The notes beneath the pieces are model-generated. The model searched no databases, was not told where the DNA came from, and saw only the letters and a list, made by a program, of their open reading frames with translations. From positions 5,376,001-5,440,000 of the forward strand of contig OZ253580.1 in the NCBI GenBank assembly GCA_965263035.1: a DNA stretch of 64,000 nt, written 5' to 3'. The stretch's first letter is position 1; every line of letters begins with the position of its first letter. The DNA is from Acidobacteriota bacterium. GTDB taxonomy: Bacteria > Acidobacteriota > UBA6911 > RPQK01 > JAJDTT01. The translations under genes were made by a program, and so were the position numbers. Positions 20,792 to 29,644 of the stretch are shown here, in pieces.

Positions 20792-22402
20792 ATGGGGAGA
20801 CATCGACCGGGGCCCCGGCATTTCAGGCGCGCGGCGGGTCCGGAACCGTTCCTCCGGAGTCCCTTTGGGCGGTTCGGCGTCCGGGTCCGGACCCGCCGGC
20901 TCTTCGGTCCCCTGGTATCGCTTTTCCTGGTCTTTGTTTCTCTCCTCGGGGAAGGGAACCATCCTGTCGAGCTGGGCACCCGGCGCGAATTGATGCTGGA
21001 CGACACCCTGTTCGAGACGATCCGAGACCTGGAGTTCCGTCAGCACTCCCCCCGCGACGCCGAAAAGATCCTGGATCTGGATGCTCCATGGGAGGGCCGG
21101 AAATACCATGGGTTCACCGTCTGCGGTTACCCGGTGGTGTTGGAGGACGGGGGCGGATTTCGTCTCTATTACGCCTCCTACCTGGGACTGCGTTTCGAAC
21201 CCAGGGACCCCGAGACTCAGTTCACCTGCTACGCCGAGAGCAACGACGGCGTGACCTGGAGTCGGGTCCGCCTGGGCCGGGTTGAATTCGAGGGATCGAC
21301 CGACAACAACATACTGCTCAAGGGGAAGACCTCACATAATTTCGCTCCCTTCATTGACGCGCGCCCTGGTACGCCGGCATCGGAACGATACAAGGCCGTC
21401 GGGGGAAACTCGCAGGCCTATGTCTTCGCCTCCGCCGATGGACTCGAATGGCGCAAGCTCAAGGAGGAGCCCGTCCTGAATGGTGAGGAGCCGGCCTTCG
21501 ACCGCCATGGAGCGATCCGTTGGGGAATGGATCCAAGCCGCAGGAGGGCGATCCTGGATTCTCTCAACGTCAGCTTCTGGGATCCGGCGAACCGCCGGTA
21601 TGTCCTGTTCTTTCGGGCCTATCTGCCCTGTTGGTCCCGGGATGGAAGGCGCCGGCTTCCCGAGACCCGATCGGTGATGCGCGCCACTTCACGGGACTTC
21701 CTGAAATGGGAGAACATCGAGCCCATCGAGTATGGGGAGCCGCGTCGAGAATGGCGGCACTCCCTCTACACCAGCGGCCTGAAACCATACCATCGGGCGC
21801 CCCACCTGATACTTGGGTTCCCGCTGCGTACGGCTCCCCGGAAGCCCTTCCACGGCACCTCCTACGGTCTGAGCGAGACGGCCTTCATGTACAGTCGGGA
21901 CACGCGAAACTTCGTCCTGGTGGACGAGCCTTTCCTGCGCCCGGGGCGCGATCCCGGGAACTGGAGCAAACACGGGAACCTCATGGCTTGGGGCATGCTG
22001 CAGACGGCGCCCGACGAGCTCTCCTTCTACTACCTGCAGCACGACCATCAGCCGGACACCTTCATTCGGCGGGGTGTGCTCCGGCTCGACGGCTTCCGGT
22101 CCCTTCACGGCGGCGGCTATCCGGGCGGGACGGCGATCACTCGTCCTCTCGTCTTCCAGGGAACCCGGTTGGAGATCAATGCCGCCACCGGAGCCGGAGG
22201 CGGTATCCGGATCGCCGTTCTGGATGCGGCCACGAAGCGGCCGGTCGCCGGGTACGAGTCCAGCAAGGAGTTTTTTGGCGACGAGGTTCAGCACTTCGTC
22301 GAGTTCGGCGACGGCAGGAATCTGGCGCCCCTGTCAGGAAAACCGGTCCGGCTCCGCCTCGAGATGTACGAAGCGGATCTTTACTCCTTGAAGTTTCATT
22401 GA
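20792..22402 (+). CDS. Putative beta-propeller glycosidase-like protein
   Basis: RRELMLDD, YAESNDGVTW, SADGLEW, SRDFLKW Asp-box-like repeats and LRLDGF; the true start may lie downstream. Confidence 0.6.
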   Translation: MGRHRPGPRHFRRAAGPEPFLRSPFGRFGVRVRTRRLFGPLVSLFLVFVSLLGEGNHPVELGTRRELMLDDTLFETIRDLEFRQHSPRDAEKILDLDAPWEGRKYHGFTVCGYPVVLEDGGGFRLYYASYLGLRFEPRDPETQFTCYAESNDGVTWSRVRLGRVEFEGSTDNNILLKGKTSHNFAPFIDARPGTPASERYKAVGGNSQAYVFASADGLEWRKLKEEPVLNGEEPAFDRHGAIRWGMDPSRRRAILDSLNVSFWDPANRRYVLFFRAYLPCWSRDGRRRLPETRSVMRATSRDFLKWENIEPIEYGEPRREWRHSLYTSGLKPYHRAPHLILGFPLRTAPRKPFHGTSYGLSETAFMYSRDTRNFVLVDEPFLRPGRDPGNWSKHGNLMAWGMLQTAPDELSFYYLQHDHQPDTFIRRGVLRLDGFRSLHGGGYPGGTAITRPLVFQGTRLEINAATGAGGGIRIAVLDAATKRPVAGYESSKEFFGDEVQHFVEFGDGRNLAPLSGKPVRLRLEMYEADLYSLKFH

Positions 22403-22418
22403 GTCGCAGAGGTCAGGC

Positions 22419-24839
22419 CTATCGCTCCAGGACCATGGCCTTTCGGACCAGTTGGACGAACTCGCCTCTGTGGCCGTGAGGATCGTCTCCGGTGGAGTCC
22501 AAAGCCCAGCCCAGGACCCGTTCCAAGGTGGCGGTTCCCCGGTGGGGCGAGTCGCGCAGGATCATGCCGAAGGCAGCCACGGCGGAGGCGAACCTGAAAT
22601 CGGGGGAGGCTTCCTTGAAGCCGGCGGCGGATCCGCTGTGGGTGAACTCCAGAAGCCGGCTCTCGGCCTGATCCGGCGGCTTGGACCGGATCTTCAGCGT
22701 GAGCCACTCATCGGCATTGCCGGCTTGATTCGGTTCGGGGGGAGTCTGGTACTTGAGGGGATCGACGCCGGCGGCCGGAGATGCGCTCCCGGCGGGAACG
22801 ACCTCGTACAGGACAGTGACCTGATGGCCGGCTCCGATCTCTCCGCCATCCCGGCTGTCGTCGTTGAACTCTTCGTCGCGTAGCGCCCGGTTCTCGTACC
22901 CGATGAGACGGTAGGAATCGACCCGGGCCGGATTGAATTCGATCTGGATCTTGGCGTCCTTGGCGACGGTGACCAGGGTGGCTCCTATTTCCCGGACCAG
23001 CACTTTCCGTGCTTCCTCCAAGCTGTCGAGATAGGAGAAGTTGCCGTTTCCCCGGTTGGCCAGGGACTCGAGGACGGCGTCCTTGTAGTTGCCCATTCCG
23101 AGACCCAGCACACTCAGGAAGATTCCGCTTCGAGACTGCTTCCGGATCAATCGGATCAGGCTGCCCTCATCCGTCATGCCCAGGTTGAAGTCCCCGTCCG
23201 TCGCCAGGATCACCCGGTTGGTGCCGCCGGGGATGAAGTGGGCTGCGGCGGTGGCGTAAGCGTCGCGGATACCGGCCTCCCCGTTGGTGGGACCGCCGGC
23301 CATGATCTGCTCCAGGGCCCGGAATATCTCCTCTTTCCGATCACACGGCGTCGAGGGAAGGACCACCACGGACTCTCCGGCGTAGGTGATGAAGGCGACC
23401 CGGTCCTTTTCTCCCAAGTGTTTGATCAGGAGCCTCATGGCCCGTTTCAAAAGGGGCAGTTTGTTGGCGGGCCGCATCGACCCGGAGACGTCCAGGAGGA
23501 ACACGAGATTGCTGGGAGGCCGCTGCCCGGGATCGATTTCCTTGGTTTGGATCCCGATGCGCAGCAGCAGATGTTCCTGCTTCCAGGGAGCCTGGGCCAG
23601 TTCCATGAGGGCGGAGACGGGATTCTCTCCGCTGGGCGCGTCGTAGGCGTAAGAGAAATAGTTGACCATCTCCTCGATGCGGACGGCATCCCTCGGAGGA
23701 AGCGAGCCCTGGCGGAGAAAACGGCGGAGGTTGGCGTAGGATGCCGTATCCACGTCGATTCCGAAGGTGGAAAGGGGGGCCCGGCTCACCTTTTGGAACG
23801 GGTTCTCCTCCTGATAGCGGTAGTCCTCGGTGCTGGACCGGCTGGGGACGGGTGCCGGTGCGGCCGGCAACTCGTCGAGGCTGGCGCGAACTTCCACCGA
23901 TGGAGAAAAGGGAATCGACGGCGCCATTCGCGATCTTTCCCGGAGAGAGAATCGCCTCTCAACGATTCCCTCGGGGAGCCCGCCGGGATTGATGATCCTC
24001 AGTCCCGGGATTTCCCCGGGTTCGATGATCCTTGAGCCCGGGATCTCCCCGGGCTCTATTACCCTTCCTCCCGCGGTGGAGACCAGGGAAGGGCCGGAAT
24101 TGGAACTGTCGGCCACGGGCTCCGAAACCGGAGCGGTCTCGGTCAGGGGGGCGAGACCCCGCTCGGAGCGCGACGAACGAAGGAGTTCCTCTTCGTTCGA
24201 CTGGACGGGGTCCGACGGCGAAGTGGTCGGCCGATCAGCCGCCTCGGAAGGGACTGGGAGCGAGGACCCGGAGGTATCCTTGTCGACAGGAGGCGCCGGA
24301 GACACATCCTGCTGGAGCGTGCGAACACTTTGGATCCGTCCTGGCGGGGGAGTGATGGCATCAGGAGCGGGGCTGGTCGTGTCGTAGGCTTTCTTCGTGA
24401 GTCCTCGCATTTCAGCCGGGGCTTCGCCGACGGTAGATTTCGGCCGCTGGAGAAGGGCAGAGAGAGGTGACTCTTCCGTCTCCTGAAGGAAGAAGATCGC
24501 AGTGGAAACAACAACGGTTGCCGCGGCGGCCGTCGCCAAGCCCACGGGAAACCACCAGGACGGGTTCCGAGGAGGACCCGATCGCCGCAGGTTCCACCAG
24601 CGTGGCTGCTTGCCAAGATTGGCCAGTTGGTGGGGACTGAGGGAGGGAACAGGTTCCTGCTCCAACTCGAACCGGATCAGCTCCGCTGTTGCTCGCAGCG
24701 ATTCCACTTCCCGTCTGAGTTCGGGAGACCCTCGCAACAGGGTCTCCACCGCCTCGATTTCCTTGGCGTCGGTGAGTTCCCCCAGGGCATAGGCCGTCAG
24801 TCTGGGATCTTGGGCCGGGTCTTGGAAATCTGATTTCAT
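22419..24839 (-). CDS. Anti-sigma-like N-terminus plus TM helix plus YfbK-type VWA protein
   Basis: LTAYALGEL, TM segment, STFGIDVDTASY, LLDVSGSM (MIDAS), NRVILATDGDFN and YRLIGYENR; ATG at 24839 overlaps the sigma stop. Confidence 0.85.
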   Translation of the reverse strand: MKSDFQDPAQDPRLTAYALGELTDAKEIEAVETLLRGSPELRREVESLRATAELIRFELEQEPVPSLSPHQLANLGKQPRWWNLRRSGPPRNPSWWFPVGLATAAAATVVVSTAIFFLQETEESPLSALLQRPKSTVGEAPAEMRGLTKKAYDTTSPAPDAITPPPGRIQSVRTLQQDVSPAPPVDKDTSGSSLPVPSEAADRPTTSPSDPVQSNEEELLRSSRSERGLAPLTETAPVSEPVADSSNSGPSLVSTAGGRVIEPGEIPGSRIIEPGEIPGLRIINPGGLPEGIVERRFSLRERSRMAPSIPFSPSVEVRASLDELPAAPAPVPSRSSTEDYRYQEENPFQKVSRAPLSTFGIDVDTASYANLRRFLRQGSLPPRDAVRIEEMVNYFSYAYDAPSGENPVSALMELAQAPWKQEHLLLRIGIQTKEIDPGQRPPSNLVFLLDVSGSMRPANKLPLLKRAMRLLIKHLGEKDRVAFITYAGESVVVLPSTPCDRKEEIFRALEQIMAGGPTNGEAGIRDAYATAAAHFIPGGTNRVILATDGDFNLGMTDEGSLIRLIRKQSRSGIFLSVLGLGMGNYKDAVLESLANRGNGNFSYLDSLEEARKVLVREIGATLVTVAKDAKIQIEFNPARVDSYRLIGYENRALRDEEFNDDSRDGGEIGAGHQVTVLYEVVPAGSASPAAGVDPLKYQTPPEPNQAGNADEWLTLKIRSKPPDQAESRLLEFTHSGSAAGFKEASPDFRFASAVAAFGMILRDSPHRGTATLERVLGWALDSTGDDPHGHRGEFVQLVRKAMVLER
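23983..24070. repeat. 33-bp tandem repeat (about 2.7 copies) encoding (R-x-I-E/N-P-G-E-I-P-G-x)n
   Basis: Units start at 23983, 24016 and 24049. Confidence 0.75.
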
Positions 24840-25408
24840 CGGATCGTCCTCGATGCGGCGGCGGCCGGCTCGGAGTGCCTCTCCAGCTCGGCGCGCACCT
24901 TTTTCACAGCGGTATGAATGAGATAACCGACGTTGCTCACCGAGATGCCGACGGTGGCGGCGATCTCCCGGTAGCTGAGTCCGTTTTGAAACTTCAGCCG
25001 CAACACCTCCTGCTCCCGGGGGGACAGGCATTCCAATGCCAGGAGAACACGGCTCATGGTCTCCCGGCGCTCCAGCAGTGTCGCGGGCCCGGGCGCGGTG
25101 CTGGCCGGTTCCAGGTTCCCGGTCCCCGTCATCCGGTTCATCCGGTTCATCCGGTTTTCCTTGCGTAGCAGGTCCAGTGCCCGGTTCCGGCATACCGTGA
25201 AGAGCCACTGGGCCAAGTGTCCTTCGACCCGTTGCTTCTTCTGTTTCCAGAGGCGCAGAAAAGTGTCCTGGACCACGTCCCGGGCGAGGTCCAGATCACC
25301 GGTGAGGTGCGTGGCGTAACGGACCAACGGACCCTGATAGGCGTCGAGAACGGATCGCATCCAATCGGCCTCCTCCAGCGTTCGAGAATTGGTCCCGGAA
25401 TTGGTCAT
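24836..25408 (-). CDS. ECF RNA polymerase sigma-70 factor
   Basis: ARDVVQDTFLRLW, WLFTVCRNRALDLLR and GLSYREIA motifs. Confidence 0.92.
   Translation of the reverse strand: MTNSGTNSRTLEEADWMRSVLDAYQGPLVRYATHLTGDLDLARDVVQDTFLRLWKQKKQRVEGHLAQWLFTVCRNRALDLLRKENRMNRMNRMTGTGNLEPASTAPGPATLLERRETMSRVLLALECLSPREQEVLRLKFQNGLSYREIAATVGISVSNVGYLIHTAVKKVRAELERHSEPAAAASRTIR
25130..25156. repeat. 9-bp tandem repeat CATCCGGTT x3 (NRMNRMNRM in the sigma linker)
   Basis: Exact copies at 25130, 25139 and 25148. Confidence 0.85.
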
Positions 25409-25474
25409 CCTCTATGAGGGTAACGCTCGAGTCGGGATTTTCTTAGAAAAATGCGGCGAAACGACGGCTTGCGG

Positions 25475-25579
25475 CGGCAATCAGTGACCGGTCCGGCCCT
25501 GAAGGAGGTCCACGGCGTGGGGAAGCAGTTTGAGGACGGCGTCCAGAGATTCGACGGCGCCTTTGGGGCTGCCCGGGAG
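25475..25579. repeat. Island boundary direct repeat (att-like): duplicated mogA 3' end
   Basis: 105 bp matching 49847-49951 with 3 mismatches. Confidence 0.92.
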
Positions 25580-26077
25580 TCCGATGAGGACCAGCGTCCG
25601 GGGCCTCATCGGTCGACCACCCTTCCTGGAAGGATCGCTGGCCGGGAACGACCCACCGGCAGAGGGTGGGATGGGCGTGCCCATCGGAAGGGCGATTTCG
25701 TGTCCACCCACCCCCGATGCCCGATGGGCACCCGCGGATCGGCATCGGCGCCGGCGGGGTTAGCCGCGGAGGAAGGGCCGGAGAAGGCGGGCGTCTCCGT
25801 CCAGTTGCCGAGGTTTGTCTGCGCGCTCCATCTCCCTGCGCGTTTGTACGGCGGCAACGATCTCGACGGACCGGCTGCGGTCCCCAAGTGCTTCCCGGAG
25901 TCCCCAGTGAGCATGGCCGCACGAGCGGAGCGCGGTCGAGGCCGCGCGGAAACGGGTCGGCGGGTTCGTTCTCTGTTCGATCGGTTGTTCAGTCATCACT
26001 CTGCTCCTCCTCGTTCTCCTCGTTGGAGACGAAAGCCTGCGGCCCCGCCTGCGCCGGGACGAGTCCCGAGTGCCGCC

Positions 26078-26197
26078 CGCCTGCGGTCCGCAATCAAGAG
26101 GCTCCGCCGCAAACTCGGCGATCACGCCGCCGGACCCGCCTACATCTTTAACCAGCACGGTGTCGATTACCGTGTCCCGGAGCAGGAGGAGAGATAG
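26078..26197 (+). pseudogene. Relic of an OmpR/KdpE-type winged-helix C-terminus
   Basis: RSAIKRLRRKLGDHAAGPAYIFNQHGVDYR resembles the end of the Trans_reg_C domain. Confidence 0.55.
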
Positions 26198-26350
26198 GAG
26201 ACCACCCGGTTACGATAGGCGGGATGAGGCGTCGCATCGAAGAGCAATCATTGCTTCTGGTTGGAGTTGCCCGCTATGACGGACATCTTTCCATTTGGGC
26301 TAACAAGGGAGGTGAATCATGGCGGAGAGCAGAGGCGGTATCCGCCCGAG

Positions 26351-26567
26351 TAGAACCTGTCTCAAAACCCCCGTTGACCTTGTGCTAAGCGACGGCAGGG
26401 CTTAAATATAGAATGTTTTGAAGCTCACGGATGTACAGTGGAACCGGATCCGCCATCTCTTCCCGGAGGAACACCGGCCGAAGCGGCAGCGTAGGCGTCC
26501 TCCGGTGCCTGCCCGGCGGGTCCTTGAAGCCGCCCTATGGATACTGAAGACCGGGACGCAGTGGCGG
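26351..26567 (+). pseudogene. IS5-family left end and truncated transposase N-terminus
   Basis: TAGAACCTGTCTCAAAA end-like sequence; LTDVQWNRIRHLFP...RRVLEAALWILKTGTQWR (DUF4096-like), after which homology is lost. Confidence 0.7.
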
Positions 26568-26689
26568 ATTCGGATTCGTCCAGTTCGCGGCTCTACGCCT
26601 GTTGCTAAAGCCGCTTTATTATTTAGATAGGTGCTAGCCAGCAAGCTCTGTCCCACCCATTTTCTGCCCCTCCTCAACCCAACGACTCA

Positions 26690-29644
26690 ATGCCCTTCTT
26701 GACTACCCTATCCCCCCCACTTCCCGGTACCCGCATCGTAGTCCGTGACGCCGAGTGGGTGGTACGCCGCGTCGACCCCATGCGCGACGGCGGTTCACAG
26801 CTCACCTGCACCGGTGTCTCTGAACTGGTGCGGGAGCGCGAAGCCGTCTTCCTGACCCGCCTCGAGAATCAGATCAAGGTCCTGGACCCGGCCACAACCA
26901 CCCTCGTCCCCGACACGTCGCCCCGATTCACCCGTAGCCTTCTCTACATGGAGAGCCTGCTACGCCGCGCGGTGCCCAACGACCAGCGCATCCGGGTGGC
27001 CCGTAGCGCCGCCATGGACCAGGTGCCATACCAGCTCGATCCGGCCCGCCAGGCGCTCCGGCAGCCGCGCCAGAGGATCCTGATCGCCGACGACGTGGGC
27101 CTTGGTAAGACCATCGAAGCGGGTATTCTCGTGAGCGAACTCATTGTCCGGGGACGGGGCCAGCGCATATTGGTGGTCGCCGTCAAGAGCATGCTCACGC
27201 AGTTCCAGAAAGAGTTCTGGAACCGGTTCACCATCCCACTCACGCGCTTGGACTCGGTGGGCATCCAGCGGGTACGGCGCCGGATTCCGTCGAACCACAA
27301 TCCGTTCCACTACTACGACAAGTCGATCATCTCGATCGACACGCTCAAGCAGGATCGTGAGTACCGGACCTACGTGGAGAACGCCTGGTGGGACATCATC
27401 GTGATCGACGAGGCTCACAACGTGGCGGAACGGGGATCACGGTCGCTGCGCAGCAAGCTCGCGAAACGGCTCGCCAAGAGGTCTGACACGCTCATCATGC
27501 TGTCGGCCACCCCACACGACGGAAAGGCGCGCAGCTTCGCCAGCCTGATGAACATGCTCGATCCGACCGCAATCGGGGATCCGGACGACTTCACGCGCGA
27601 GGACTTCCAACACAAGGGCCTGGTGATCCGCCGCTTCAAGAAGGACGTGCGTGAGCAGGTGAAGCAGTCTTTTCGGGATCGCAAGATCTTCCCCGAATCG
27701 TTCCCGCTCTCAACCGAGGAGGAGACCGCCAACAATGTACTTCTGGCTGTAAGGGTGCGCGGCCAGGCCACTGGCGGCGGGCGGAAACTGTTCTCCGTGA
27801 CGCTAGAGAAAGCCCTGTTCTCAAGCCCCGCCGCCTGCCTTGAGACCGTGGAGAGACGCCGAAATCAACTAGAGCGGGAGCTTGCCGATCAACACAAACC
27901 GGAAAGCTGCGACATCATTCGCCGTGAGCTTGAAGGACTCGGAGCGCTGACCGACGCACTCAAAGCCATCCGGCCTGTCAACTTCGCCAAGTACCAGGCA
28001 CTCCTCCGTGCCATCCGCGGAGACGAGCCCTTCCGCTGGAAACCCGGGAACCGGCGGGACCGGCTGGTCGTTTTCAGCGAGCGCATCGCGACCTTGCGCT
28101 GGCTTCGAGAACGTCTAACGCATGATCTGCGGCTCCGGCGAAATCAAGTCGGCCTGCTTCACGGCGGCCTCTCTGACACCGACCAGCAGGAGATCGTCGA
28201 GGCGTTTGGCAACGAAACGACGCCGCTCCGGCTTCTCTTGGCGTCGGACGTGGCGTCCGAGGGGATCAACCTGCACCATCAGTGCCACCGGCTCATCCAC
28301 TTTGACATCCCCTGGTCGCTCATGGTGTTCGCCCAACGCAACGGACGGGTGGATCGCTACGGGCAGCGTCGGGACCCCCAGATCGTGTACCTGTTGTCCG
28401 AGAGCGTCAACCAGACGATCCGAGGCGACGCGCGCGTTCTGGAGGTGCTGATCGAGAAAGACGAACAGGCTCACCGAAATATTGGTGACCCGTCGATCTT
28501 CATGAACCAGTACGACGTGGATGCCGAAGAGGACGTAACCCGGCGTGCGATCGCGGCTGGCGAGAGCGCCGAGGACTTCGACACGCGTCTGACTCCCAAA
28601 ACGAGTGAAGGCGACGACTTGATGGCGCTGTTCCTGGGGAGGGGACCGACAACCACAGAGGAGCCGACCAACGACCGGGTTGCCTTGGGGCAGTTACGCA
28701 GACTGGACAGTAACGGCCGGGGCGGATCGGCCAACGACTCCATCCCCGAGTCAATCTTTGCCAGCGACCTGACCTACGTGGAAGCGGCCCTCGAACACCT
28801 GCGCGAGTCACATCCGGAGCTCGACTCCCGTGTTGACCATGCATCGCAGACACTAACCCTGGACGCGCCGACCGATCTGCGCGCGCGTTTCCGTCAGGCG
28901 CCGCCCGAGATCAGGCCTAAGGCTTGGCGCTTCGTGCTCACCGCCGATCGGACGGCTATGGAAGCGCAGATCACCGAGAGTCGGCGCCAAGAGTCCCACT
29001 GGTCGCGGGTTCACTACCTGTGGCGGCTGAACCCTATCGTACAGTGGCTCAACGACCGCATGCTTGCCTCATTCGGGAGGCACGAGGCCCCGATCCTCGC
29101 CGGTGTCCCGGGGTTGGAGCTAGGCGAGGCCGTATTCGTCTTGGCGGGACACGTCGCCAACCGGAAGGGTCAGCCCCTCGTGTCGGATTGGATTGCGGTC
29201 CCGTTCCGAGGAAGCGAAGCGATGGATGTGGAACCGTTCGCCGCATACGCAAAGAGCATCGGGCTGGGCCGCACGCTATTCGCCAATGTGGGAGCCGATG
29301 TGGACGTGGAGCAGTTGAAGGCGGTACTCCCCGAGGCGGTGGAGCTTGCCCAGATGTGGGTGGGAGACGAAGCGCGCAAGTTCGGGACGCGCATGGAAGC
29401 CGAGCGCCACAAGGAACTCGAGGCGTTGGCAGCACTCCAGACCCGCCGAAGGGAACAGATCGAATCCAGGTGGAAAATCTCCTACCAACTGCCGATCGCC
29501 GGAATAGACAACTGGCGCGCCAAGAACGAGTTGCAAGAAGCGGAAGAAGCGTTTGCCGATTACTGCATCTGGGTCGAGGATACGATGACGATCGCGGGCC
29601 CGCCGCAGATGTCCGTCGTGGCCGTCCTCACCGGAAAGAGCTGA
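26690..29644 (+). CDS. SNF2/RapA-like SF2 helicase (DrmD-like)
   Basis: LIADDVGLGKT, DEAH, LSATPHDG, SEGINL and QRNGRVDRYGQ motifs. Confidence 0.9.
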   Translation: MPFLTTLSPPLPGTRIVVRDAEWVVRRVDPMRDGGSQLTCTGVSELVREREAVFLTRLENQIKVLDPATTTLVPDTSPRFTRSLLYMESLLRRAVPNDQRIRVARSAAMDQVPYQLDPARQALRQPRQRILIADDVGLGKTIEAGILVSELIVRGRGQRILVVAVKSMLTQFQKEFWNRFTIPLTRLDSVGIQRVRRRIPSNHNPFHYYDKSIISIDTLKQDREYRTYVENAWWDIIVIDEAHNVAERGSRSLRSKLAKRLAKRSDTLIMLSATPHDGKARSFASLMNMLDPTAIGDPDDFTREDFQHKGLVIRRFKKDVREQVKQSFRDRKIFPESFPLSTEEETANNVLLAVRVRGQATGGGRKLFSVTLEKALFSSPAACLETVERRRNQLERELADQHKPESCDIIRRELEGLGALTDALKAIRPVNFAKYQALLRAIRGDEPFRWKPGNRRDRLVVFSERIATLRWLRERLTHDLRLRRNQVGLLHGGLSDTDQQEIVEAFGNETTPLRLLLASDVASEGINLHHQCHRLIHFDIPWSLMVFAQRNGRVDRYGQRRDPQIVYLLSESVNQTIRGDARVLEVLIEKDEQAHRNIGDPSIFMNQYDVDAEEDVTRRAIAAGESAEDFDTRLTPKTSEGDDLMALFLGRGPTTTEEPTNDRVALGQLRRLDSNGRGGSANDSIPESIFASDLTYVEAALEHLRESHPELDSRVDHASQTLTLDAPTDLRARFRQAPPEIRPKAWRFVLTADRTAMEAQITESRRQESHWSRVHYLWRLNPIVQWLNDRMLASFGRHEAPILAGVPGLELGEAVFVLAGHVANRKGQPLVSDWIAVPFRGSEAMDVEPFAAYAKSIGLGRTLFANVGADVDVEQLKAVLPEAVELAQMWVGDEARKFGTRMEAERHKELEALAALQTRRREQIESRWKISYQLPIAGIDNWRAKNELQEAEEAFADYCIWVEDTMTIAGPPQMSVVAVLTGKS

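Noticed and set aside
24840-25208. N-terminal extension of the 929-aa VWA ORF
   Set aside because: It overlaps the sigma gene in another frame; the ATGA-coupled start at 24839 is more plausible
25451-26197. 248-aa ORF at the island edge as a possible integrase or real gene
   Set aside because: No recombinase motifs; it is a chimera of antisense mogA repeat, low-complexity sequence and a wHTH tail
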